64,000 nucleotides of DNA from the human T2T-CHM13v2.0 reference genome, Homo sapiens. This document shows, in pieces, positions 11,640 to 23,965 of the stretch. A program made the translations under genes and the position numbers. A model generated the notes under the pieces. It saw only the letters and a program-made list of their open reading frames with translations, was not told the origin of the DNA and did no database searches. Numbering within the stretch: position 1 is the first letter of the stretch; every line of letters begins with the position of its first letter. Location of the stretch: NCBI RefSeq assembly GCF_009914755.1, contig NC_060942.1; one strand, written 5' to 3'.

Positions 11640-13240
11640 CTCCTCACTCACCGGGTGTCCCAGGAGCCCAGATTCCTCACCAGGTGTCCTGGGAGCCCTG
11701 ACTCCTAACTCACTGTGTGTCCTGAAGGGCCCTGGACATCCTTTTGTCCCTTGGGTCCGGCTGGGCCCTGACAAAGGAGTAAATGAGGTCATAGAGAGGT
11801 CAAGAGGTCACACATGGGATCAAGGTCACAGAAGCGTTCAGTCAGCTTCCTGGCTGGGGATCAGGGTCTCCCTGGGGGGTCTCTTTGCCCTGGAGAGACA
11901 GTTTCAAGCCCAGTGGGAGGGGGCAAAGGTCAGAGCTCATGGGGTCACTCACTGTGGCTCCTTTGGCTTTTCTTGGGCCCAAAGGTCCCTGTAAGATGAG
12001 GAACGGTCACTGCAGGGGAAGGACGGGACTCAGAGGAGTGCAGAGGCCAGGTCCTGAGTCCACAGGAGCCTTGGGTTACCACAGCAGGGGCAGGCATTGG
12101 AGTATTTGGGGACTTTGGAGCCCAGGAAGTATGGGGAGGAAGCATTGGAGGTGTGAGGACAAATGGGGACCCTGAGGTCTCAGCGTGTTATGCTGGAGGT
12201 CATGGGAGAAAACAGTAGGGCTCAGGGGATTTATTGGAGGAACAGAGGGCGGTGCTCACGGAGACACCAGGATCCCTCCAGGACCAGTGGGGCTGGATGC
12301 TCCCGGAATACCCTAGGGAAGGTAGAGGGCTGGCTCAACTGGATCCTCCTCCCACCTCCTCCCCAGCCTCTGCTCCCTCCCTGACAGCTGAGTCTCAACC
12401 CCACCCCTCCCCACCCCCAATCTGAATCCCACCAGGCCCTCTACTCACCACTCACTCTCTGCCAAGGGCAGCCCTGAGGGCCAGGAAGGCCCCATCTCCC
12501 TTCTTTCCCTGCCTCCTTGGGGACCTGATCAGTCCAACGAGACCTGGGTACCCCTAGAGAAGGGAGCAGGTGGCCGGGGGATGCAGGAGGAGTCACACAC
12601 ATGGGGGAGAATGGCCAAGTTACAGAGAGGGACAGGGCACAGGGTCTCTGAGTGGCCCTCCCTGAGCAGGGACCCCATGGCCTGGTGCTGGGGGCCTGGA
12701 GCAGAGCAGGGGCCTCAGGGTCCCATAGGCTTCAGGGCTGAGGGTGATGGAGTGACACCTGGCTGTGTGTGTGTCACTCACCTTCTCTCTCTTGGCTCCA
12801 GGATCGCCCCTGAGGCCAGGAAGCCCTGGGGGTCCTGTGGGAAGTCCCTCTCTCCAGGCAGAGGTGAGACCAAGTTCTCCCCATCGCCTCCCACTTCCTC
12901 CAGGGCCTCAGCTCACTGCCCTAGGACACAGGCCCTCATCCCTCACCAGCCCTATCCGAGTCACTCACCAGTCACAGGACTGGAAGGCCTGGCCTGTGGC
13001 TCCAGCTTGGCATTGCTGACCCTGAAGATCTGAGGGGACCACAGGGGTGAGGAGGAGGAGCGTCCCCACGCCACACCCCTCTCATGGCCCCTCTCCCTCT
13101 CCCCAACCCCAGCCCTGCCCTGCTATGATTCACACTTAGCCCGGGAGCCCTTCAGACCACCAGCGCCAGTCCTCCCTGCTGACCCTGTGGGACCCTGTCT
13201 CCCCCAGGGCACCCACAGCATTGGCAGCATCTGAAACACA
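11640..13240 (-). pseudogene. Unprocessed (intron-containing) COL11A2 fragment, seven decayed Gly-X-Y exons
   Basis: AG/GT-bounded exons at 13230-13134, 13021-12969, 12834-12782 (PPGLPGLRGDPGAKREK), 12553-12449 (GYPGLVGLI...), 12312-12260 (GIPGASSPTGPGG), 11988-11953 (36 bp, GPLGPRKAKGAT) and 11767-11714 (54 bp, GPAGPKGQKDVQGPSGHT). Their order matches the recalled end of the COL11A2 triple helix. Confidence 0.88.
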
Positions 13241-13247
13241 CAGAAGG

Positions 13248-13457
13248 AGTGTGCATGTGTGAATGCACTCTGTGTGTGCAGTGTGTACGTGTGTGCAGTG
13301 TGTGTACATGTGTGCAGTGTGTGTACATGTGTGTGCAGTGTGCATGTGTATGCAATGTGTGCATGTCTGTGCAGTGTGTATACAGTGTGAGTGTGCAATG
13401 TGTGTACAGTGTGTGTGTACAGTGTATGAGTGTGTAGTGTGTGTGTGTGTGCAGTGT
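13248..13457. repeat. (TG)-rich degenerate simple repeat
   Basis: tgtgtgcagtgtgtgtaca-type units seen directly. Confidence 0.9.
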
Positions 13458-14921
13458 GCCTTACTCCTGAAGGGCAGTGGAGGGGGTGTGAACTGGGGCA
13501 GGGGTTCAAAGTAGAAGGGGTGAGGCAGGAAGAGGAGCCAAACCCCAGGAGCCTCTCTAACATGGCCTCATGCTCAGACATAGGTCTTTCCTCTGCTGCA
13601 CTGGACCACGGTCACAGCCACTCTTGCTTCACTGGAACACTGAGATCTGTCTTTGTTCCTGAAAGCACATCCCTGGAGGTGGAGTACGGACGGAATTATA
13701 ACAATTCTCACTTTCTAGTGATTTGCCACTTAGGAAGTAATTTGCTTAGAGATTTTTATCTCATTACATTTTTATTTCATTATATCATGAAGTTCATGTA
13801 AGAATGAGTAGGATGAAAGCTTATGCAAGCCTGTTAGAATTTCATATAAACCAGAGAACTGATCCATTACAGAAGCAGAGTGTAGTAAAAGTCTGAAGTC
13901 AAGTTTAAGCAGTTTTCTGGGCAAATGCAATGCTTATGAGATGGTGCAGGAAACTCCTATTCATTTAGCTTTGAAATCACTGAAATCACAGTTACTGGAA
14001 ATGTCTTCTATAGTCAACTTTTATGAGAAAGAGACAGAAGACAAATAAACCAATGGGTATCAGAGGTTTGTTTTTAAAGTAGCTTTCAGAGCGTATCATG
14101 GAGCCCGTTCAAAGGCAGCTCAGAATTTCAGACTTACACAGTAAAGGTCTATTATTCTTAATGAAGAACACGGCCATATGCTTAAGTATTTTCTAAATTG
14201 TCTAAAACAGATGGCTTTATTTTGTATAGTTTTGGTGTTCTGTGTGTTATAGTTCTTTGAAAAGTAAAATCTATATATGGATTTTATAATAACTGCATTT
14301 ATGCAAATACGCAGTCAGCCAGCTTGCCTCTCCATGCACTCACAGCTTATGAGTCCTGTCTGAACTCCCCGCCTTCCTGCCCATCCCCTGCTGCACATCT
14401 GGCCCCAGGATAGTCGTCTTCTGTTTCGTCTGCTCTCAGAGTCCTCTGTCTGTTCATGCCATGCTCCTCCACCAGTGCTCAGGGTCTTCTCACTCAGCTA
14501 CTAAGGAATCTTGAAACGTCCTTTCCTCTGTGTTGTCAGCCTCTGCTCAGCCCCTGGTTCCTACCCTTTAGTTTATAAGGACTCCCATGAGTCTTGCGCT
14601 AAAGGGCCACCTTGTCCTTTGGCCTCACCTCATCTCTTTGTCTGTCTCACCTCCACCTGCATTCTCATCCCTTTCCATCTCCGTTTTTTTTCTGGCTTTT
14701 TAAAAGAGAAGTCTGTCCTCATTGTCTCCCCTTCTCTACCTTTCATTTAGTTCACAACTCACTGCTCCATCACACTTATCTTTTCCACAATTCCACTGAA
14801 ACTTTTTTGATACACGTCACCAATTTTCTCCAAAAGTCCTGTGATGAATGATCACCTCTAATCAAAGCTGGCCTCTACTAGATTTGACTCCCTCTTTCTT
14901 AAAACTCCTCCATGCACATCC

Positions 14922-15261
<340 letters not shown>

Positions 15262-15480
15262 TAAGTAGTTCCTCTTTCTTGATCTGCTCTTTAAATATTG
15301 TTAATTTCCCCCAGATTCTATGATTGGCCATCTTGTGTCTCTAAATACTCTTACTGAAGTAGCAGAAAAAGAACACAAAACTTGAAGTCATGGAAACCTG
15401 GGTATGAATGAGTTGTAAGAGCATGTTCACTATATTTTCAGCAAAATTGCATGAAGGCTGTGTCTGAGTTTTCTCATCAC

Positions 15481-17380
15481 TTTTTTTTTTTTTTTTTTTT
15501 TACCAAAAAACCAAAACCAGCTTCCATTTATCGATGGGCCCCACCCCCTGACGTCCTGGGGAGAGGGGCCCCCCAAAGAGCCTTTCTCTCTGGGACAAAA
15601 TACAAATGGCAGAAAGGGTCCATACAGAAAAGAACGTCTCTGAGGTCCTTGCGTTTCTAATAAAATGGTAAGAATCTTTCGTGTGGGGCCTCCCAGCTGG
15701 GCAAGCCTTGACTGGCCAGGAGTCCAGGTGCCCAAGGTGTGACCTCAGCCCCTCACCCTGAGCAGGGAGGCTGGGCAGAAGCCTAGGCCCGCAGAGGCCC
15801 GGGGCTGCCGCCCCATCACACACTCATGGTCATCCCTGGCGAGTACTGGCCCGCCGCTGTCACGGTCTTGCTCTGGCCCCCCGGCCGCCCCGCCGGGGCC
15901 TGCCCGCCAGGCCCCTCCCGCCTGACACCGCCCTGGAGGGGGGAGAGTCGAAGCAGTCGCTTACGCTTTCGCTTGGAAACAGGTGCAGGAAGGTCCCGGC
16001 GGCCGCCATCTCGCCGTCGTCCCGCGGGGTGCCCGGGGCGTTGCTCAGGCCGGCCACGGCGCCGGGGGAGCTCTTCGGCAACCCGTCCATGTCGCCCGAG
16101 CCCAGGGATCCGCTTACGTGGTGAGGCTCCATCGCGCTCATGGCGGCCATGGGGCCCTCCGGGCCAGGGCCGAGCGGGAAATTAGCCCTGCCGGCACCCG
16201 GCCCGATGGGGTTCATGATAGTGTACATGTTTTCACTGGAGTTGGTAGAATCTCCAGGGCTAGGCATGATGAGGTGTTCCAGGGGGCCCACCTCCTCCTG
16301 GGGGTCCCGTGTAGCTGCCAGGGGATGAGGAGGAGTAGGGGATCGAGTTTCCACTGGGGCTGGCCCACGGGCCACGAACTCCTGGGCCCATGTTCATGGC
16401 AGGCAGGCCTGGGCCGGCAAGGGAGTTGGGTGGGGGTCGCATGCCGCCTCCATAGCTCTGGGGCCCCACGCTGGCCATGCCGCGAGGAGGCGTCACCCTC
16501 CGCATTGGGCCGCCCATGCTCGGATGCCCCTGGGTTCGTGGGGAGGGCTCCATGGCGCCAGGGAGGAGGGGATGGGAGCCGGGGAGGCCTGCGGGAGGCT
16601 GACTTAGCATCCGCAGGGTGGGCCGGGGACCCCCTGGGAAGCGCGGTGACATGAAGGGCTGACCGTGAGGCCCCATCACGGGGGCATTGGGATTGTGGGG
16701 GGATGGCTGGGAGCCGGGGGGGCCCTGGAAGAAGCCAGCTGCCGTGGGGCCTGCGGCCATTGCGTCACCTGGGGCCATACTCCCCATCACAGGGCTGGGG
16801 GCGGCTGCAGCGCTATAGTCCTGGAAGGCCTTGGCCTCGCCGGAGTGCTCTCAGGCCTCTCTTCGGTCAGGCGCTGCGCAGTACAGGTCCCAGAAGACGC
16901 ACCACCAGGAGTGCAGGAACCCGGGGGGCTCCCCCAGCGTGATGTTCTTCTCCCATCGGATCTCAGACAGGAAGGTCTGGGCTGACTTCTGGGCACCGAT
17001 GTGCAGCAGGTACTCATAGACGTACAGCGCCAACCACCTTGCGGCCAGAAGAGCCTCTTCTCCAAAATGACCCAGAGGCTGGGCAGAGGGGACAGTCATC
17101 TTTGTGGAGGGGTGGGGCATCCCAAGTCAGCTTCTCGCGGGCCTGGCTGTCGGAGGGCACGGCCGAACCCTTGCCCCTCTTGGCGTACGTGCTGCTCCGC
17201 GCTGCCGCCGCCGCCGGGGCCCACACCTGTCAGGCGGCGCCGCGGGCCGCGCTCGCCGACGCCATAGCTACCCCGGGCCCCAGGCCTCACAGCCCAGAGC
17301 CCCGGGCGGGCACCGCGGGCATCGTCCGCGCGGGGGAGCTCCAGACGGCGGCTCCAGCTCCGGCCCCGGCCGCAGGGTGG
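15481..17380 (-). pseudogene. Processed pseudogene of SSBP4 (5' UTR to poly(A))
   Basis: Translation YAKRGKGSAVPSDSQAREK...[60 protein letters not shown]...YSPGMTMSV* matches SSBP4. ATG>ACG at 17190-17188, stop at 16851, frameshift near 16270. T-run starts at 15481. TSD ttctcatcac at 15471-15480 and 17390-17399. Confidence 0.95.
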
Positions 17381-20300
17381 CTTTTTTTCTTCTCATCACA
17401 TTTTATCAAAAATCTAATTTTAATGTCACATACTACCCACTATATTTAAATAGCATATATAAACATTTTATAATTACTGCATAGTTAGGCTATTTCCGGT
17501 GTTCATGTTGGATATTGCCAGGAATTTTCAGTCCCTAACTGTTCCGATAACTTTTTGCTGACGAGTGCCGTATCTCCTAAAAGACACTGGGCTGTGGGGG
17601 TTGGCTTCTTTCTTTCTATGATTCCCAACAAACACGCTATGCACACACTCTCTTACCGCCCAATTGCCCCGTTGTTTCTGAGAGTGGGACTAGATGTAGA
17701 AAGATAATAGAAGTCAGGGGAAGGTGGGGTGATCATAATAATGATAAGAGCAAGAGTCTGGCTTTCTCAGAAGGAGGCTTCTATTCAGGAAGGACACAGT
17801 TGCCCAGTTTCTATTTAGTGCGAATCTTGTGTTTCTGAATTAGGGGGAACGCTGTGGGAAAAGAATGAAATATACTTGTATCTTTTTTAAGGCTGGCTTG
17901 TTTGCTTGGTTTCCATGGGAGACATATACATACAACACTATCATTTGAGTTTTGCAATTCAGTTAAATTGACCTACTAGTGAAAATTCCTTTACGATTCT
18001 ATTTAAGATTCCTAAAGGGATTTTTACTAGTAGCTCAACTTACTCTGTGTGTGTGTGTGTGTGTGTGTCTACTTTCCAGTGTGTCTACATCTACTTTAGT
18101 GGGAATTGGTAGAGGAAGCGTTATAGACTGCCAATCAGAACCAATCTTAAACCAGAAATCCTGTAGTCAAGGATTATCTTGGAAAATTCATTATTTGATG
18201 ATGGAGTTAATTATTTAGGATTCATGTTTCTTTTGAGAGTAATATGGAAGTAAGTTTTGGAAAGAAACAATGTTAAGGTGTTGCAGCACCTTCCGTGCAT
18301 AGATGAGAGTGTTGAAGCATGGATGTTTGTGAACAGACCTGCCCTAGTCTCTACAAAGAGTGAGTAGGTGTGGCAGGGTCTTTTCAGCCTGACTGGCCAA
18401 CCCAAAATGAGGGCATAACACATGTGTTGAGCTCATTCAATACCTTCTGGAGTTCAGCTATTTGGATATTAAAAAATTGCTAAGGGCCAAAAAACAAATA
18501 TTATATTTGTTTGCACTTACTGGGACAACAAAAGAAAATTGAAAAATTCAAAAGCTAAAATGGTAAAAATTAATAATGATAAACATTCATCATTTCTGTT
18601 CAGGAAAGTTAGTATATGAAATTTTTAACCTAAAGGGCAAATGTCTTGGCTGCAGATATGCCATATTTGGGATTAAAGGATTAAAGACAAACATCTAATA
18701 GAAGAGACAATTCATACAACACACCAATAAAATGTTAAAATTGCTGACAAATCTAAGAAAATTTATTACTAATTATAAAAATATAAGCTAAGATAAAATG
18801 TTTTGTAAAAGATAAAACAGCTTTATAAAAACTCAATTCAATTGAGCACATATATTTGAATAAATTTGAGGGTTAGAATTTTGATAGTGTTAATCAAAAT
18901 TTTACATATACATGTAATCATACTTCTAGGAATTTGCCCTAAAGGAATAATTGAATGAATGTTCAAAGATATAGGTAAAGTTGCTGATCGCATTCTTATG
19001 TATAATAGCAAAACTGTAGATATAAATTTACATATTAATCAGAAATTAAATTTTGTTAAATTATGGAACACTATATAAGCAGTAAAGTGATTACATGACT
19101 ATATTTATAGACATACAGTTAATTATATATTAATATGTAATTAAAGCAGGATTCACAATAGAGTGGTCGTATTTTATATGTGCTGGTCTTAGTGTGTGGG
19201 AGTGTCTATGCAAAAATAAAAGATTTTTAGTATTTTCATGTTTTGTAAATCATGATATTTTACAAATAAGGAAAAATATAAAGCTATTTATTTTGAAAAG
19301 CGCACTGTTGAACACATGTTGATAGTGAGACTGATGAATTCTGACTTTTGTCTTTTATGAAGGGATCACCTACCCTTCATATACAATGATAAAATATTAA
19401 GACATTATGAAAACTGACAAAGGATACATGGTTGATAAAAAGCAAAATATAAACAACAGCAATTGTCATATACTTAAGGGGGTGCCATCTAGATATTTAT
19501 GATCAGATCAGGGGAAAATAGACATTGCAAGGGAATTAGGTAGATGTGAAAATGATATTTTAAAAAATAATGTCATTAAATATGAAAACTATTAATTAAG
19601 GGATGATAAATAATGTTTTGTCTTACCTCTATCTTTTACAATTACTTTTAATCTATTAATGATAAATCTCGTGTGGGAAATAGGACTTGGAAAATTTTAT
19701 AGATCTCACCATTTAACCCAAAAGGCTGAAATTACTAATTTGCTGAGAAAATTGTGTTACTCGAGTACATATCATCCACTAGAGCAGCCATTTCTGGGGT
19801 TAAACAGATTTCAGCTAAATTTTAACAGAAGATCATCTTAATATTGGCAAAGTAAAATGTCACTATTGGTTAATTGAGAAGAAAAATCTATTTTTCTCCT
19901 AGAATTTCACATTAAAGTTCAATGTTCAATGCATGGTAAAAAGTCTTGGCTCCTTTGATTAGATATGAAAATCTTTTTCTCTCAAGAGTTAAAAATAATG
20001 TAAATGAAGCTTCTGGCAGAAAAGTTATGAGTGGTACAATTTCCTGATATTTTAGTTTTATCACCAATTTCCGTGCCAGGCCACATGTTCAGCTGCCTGG
20101 CAGCCCCTACAGTATGTGAAAATATTTCCCTTTTTATAGGAATATGCTGGCAAAAAACCACCACTTCCATGAATTATTAATCCTTTTCTGCTAATTATTT
20201 TGAAGAAGCAGAGGGGCAGGTCCACATTCAGGTGGCTCTCAGCGGCTGAGACATGCTTCATGAAAAACTGTTGAATTAGATGAAAACTGTGCCTCCTTTG

Positions 20301-20544
20301 ACCACCAGTTTTACCACTACATTAAGTAACCTAGAGGGAAAACGAAGTTACTTTTTTCTGTGGTAAAAATTGAGTAATGAATCAATTGAAAGAATGATTG
20401 GTAAAAGTAATCAATGAAGAAACATGATGACCAAGTGAATAATGAATTTACAATATGAAGACAGAGATGTCTGCTTTTCCAGTGATGATGTTCATGAAAA
20501 TATAAAACTGCAAAATGAAAGGAGCCTGTTAAAAACCCTTTTGT

Positions 20545-20982
<438 letters not shown>

Positions 20983-23965
20983 TTAAACCACTATTGCAGA
21001 AAAATTAGAGGAAATAAAAAATAATTGCCCTTTTTCCATCAGCTGTTGAGAGTATATTAGTGAATGACCTTTGGCTATGTATATTTGTACAGAACGAACT
21101 CTCCCTGTGCTTGTGGAGTGTTAAACAAAATTAACACAGGAGAATTCTCAGGGCCTGGATGGAAGGTCGTGTGCAAGGAGGTTTGATGACAGAGAACTTC
21201 TATAGGCATTCACAGGCTTCCAGAATTCATCATCAGACACTAAAACTTTGTGGAATAAAAAAGGTGGGTTTTTTTCAGATCTAATCTTTATATTTAATTT
21301 TCCCATCTTATAAAATACACATACTATTTTCATAAGAAAAATCACTTTAGTAAATACATAACAGACACTTCTGATGCCTGACAGACAACCTTTAACTGTT
21401 TTTAAAAGGATCCACTAAATATATCACTTAGATCTGGCAGTTTGAGAGCTTTTAATGCCTATCCTGAGACAACAGAGTGCCAGCTTGTGTTGGCCAGGCT
21501 CAATCACAGATTAAAAAGCTATTTCCCCACAGTACTTTAGTTATGAAATCACCCATAAAAGAATAACTTTCAGACATAATACAAAAATCAATTTAATTAA
21601 TTATTTCTCTATCTAAGCTAGGTGCATTTTAGGATAACTTGGCATAATTTTATGCTGTGGTAATTAACTTAAAATGAAGCCCTTAAGCCTCCTAATTTTT
21701 TTTTCACTACACTAATAAATGGTGAAACCTATGGCCTGTGGTTCAAATTGCCAAAGAACTGTATGTCAGTCACTGCATCACACACAATATTATTACATTT
21801 ATATCTCAATTATTCAATCCTGAATATTTTCCTGTTTCTTGTGCTGACAGTTAATAAGTTGCCATCACTTGCTTCCAAAGATAACCATAACTTTTCTGTC
21901 CTATGTTAACCAGTAAAAGTGACAGCAATCTTCTTCACAGTAAATTTTTACAGAAGTAACTGATGCACTCGTGATTGTTTAAAAGGACTTCCTTCTTAGC
22001 ATCTGAGGTCATAAAAATGTTTTATTTCATAACCTAATAAAATGATAACCAAGCTTTGCAACTATTTTGCAAAATTGTTCACCTGTATTTGTGCACATAC
22101 ACTTTTCAAATTATACAGAGAAAATAGCATCCCCATTTGATAAATGAAGAATAAGCCCATGGTTAATTAATAACTAATGAAATCACGTCTACTTCCAGTT
22201 CAATACGATGCTTCCACCTAAGAAACCCGTCAACGCAGTCAACCATTCTTCCACACGCTGGCAAACAGTTCAACATACACCTCTGGACACCACGTTGCTC
22301 AAGTTGAGAGGTGAGCAAAACAGGGTCACATCATAAATATGTATTCTTCGATGGCGAATGTTCTTCCATGTCCACATTCCAAATGTCATTACAATTATTC
22401 TAGTAACTAGAAACATCCCACTCCCAGAAATGACTGCTAATCCTGTGGGCAGCTAACCCATCATCTTAAGCAACAATGGAGCACAATATTAATCACAGAG
22501 CCAGAATCCAAACGGCCTCTCCCAGTGCAAGGAACATTCACTGCAGGAAAGTGGGCTGTGCCCTGGAGACACAAGTATCAGGAGCAGTTATTAGAAAATC
22601 ATGGCCCCTGAAGTTCAGAAAACCAATGAAATATTATCCCGCTGACAAGTGAGGTGGCCCATCTGCCTAAGTCTCGTTTATATACATATATCTATTTTCC
22701 TTCCTTTAATAACTACATCCTATCAAGTAAAGTGCCTAATGCACTAGGGCCACAGTTCCAAAAACTTATTACCAGAATGCAAGATACTAATTCTTATATA
22801 TATATTATATATAAGAATATATCTATATTAGTTATATAAATATGTGATATACATATTAGATATATCTAAATATATATTATATATTAGAATATATATGTGA
22901 TATATAAGTGTGTGTATATATAATTGATATATAAAAATATATTAGAATGATTTAGGAAAACAAGGCTTATTATTTACATTTTAGCAATATTAATGGATCT
23001 GAGAAGTTCTACATAAAGAAATATGCAGGTTTTGTTCAGCCCAGTGTTTTCCCCACAGTTGTATACAAAGCACTTTTAGAATTGCAAGTCAGGGCCACAT
23101 TGTATGAGAAGGTGAATGTGATGCTACAGAAAACTCTTATGGATGAGTCAGGGATCTTGGGTTCTGTTTTCAGGCCTGCCCTAACCTAAGCGTGGGCTTC
23201 AGTTTACAACTTGCTTGAGGTTCCCTCTACCTCTATAATTCATTTCTTTATAAGTGAGTATATCACAAAAGAAATTGTACATATAAAGTTCTCACAAAGC
23301 TTTAAACATAAAGCTTAAGAACACAATAATTCTGCCCCTTAAAAATTATTCAAAGCATTAATTTGCTGCTCATTCATTCTGTAAACTGTGCTTGTCAATT
23401 TCTTTCCCCTAGAAGATATCATGTGGACAAGCATATCATGGTTTCAATGTGGTCCCGTTAAGGTAAAATACACCACTTGTAGAATTCACTGCATTTTTAA
23501 AACTTATATAGTCCAATCATTTTGAATTTCAAAAAAGCGCCTAAACAGCCTCTCATTTCTCTAGGACATTACAAGGACAATTAAAAGGAATTTACTACAA
23601 GATCTGGGTGACTAAAACTCCCGTTACAAAAGATGAGCTCAGGGGTGTGTGGAGAAGAGAAATCCAGCAGGCTGAGCTAAGCAGCCCTGCCTAAGCCACA
23701 GTGTGGAGGCAGAGCACTACTTTCTCACCAGCAACCTCTGCTATATCTCTGGACCTTAATGTCCAGGAACTGAGAGTTCATCTCTCCCAGTCCCAGTAAC
23801 AAACAGGTCATTATAAGAGAAGAGGCAGAAGTATCTCCACAAAATTCTGGAAATTTAAAAGCGTGCTTTTAGTTCAAATATGATAAACATAAACAGGCCT
23901 TAAAATATACAGATTGAACTCTGTCACACTACCATTTGTTGACACTGTATGCTACAAATCTGAAT

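Noticed and set aside
13123-13581. His/Thr- and Cys/Val-rich ORFs resembling metal-binding proteins
   Set aside because: Translations of the (TG)n-like simple repeat.
21690-21705. T-run as the poly(A) tail of the ADGRA3 retrocopy
   Set aside because: No properly placed AATAAA and no matching TSD, so the 3' end is left unresolved.
22790-22945. AT-rich (TA)n-like tract as a palindromic AT-rich repeat
   Set aside because: Short ordinary low-complexity sequence with no long perfect arms.
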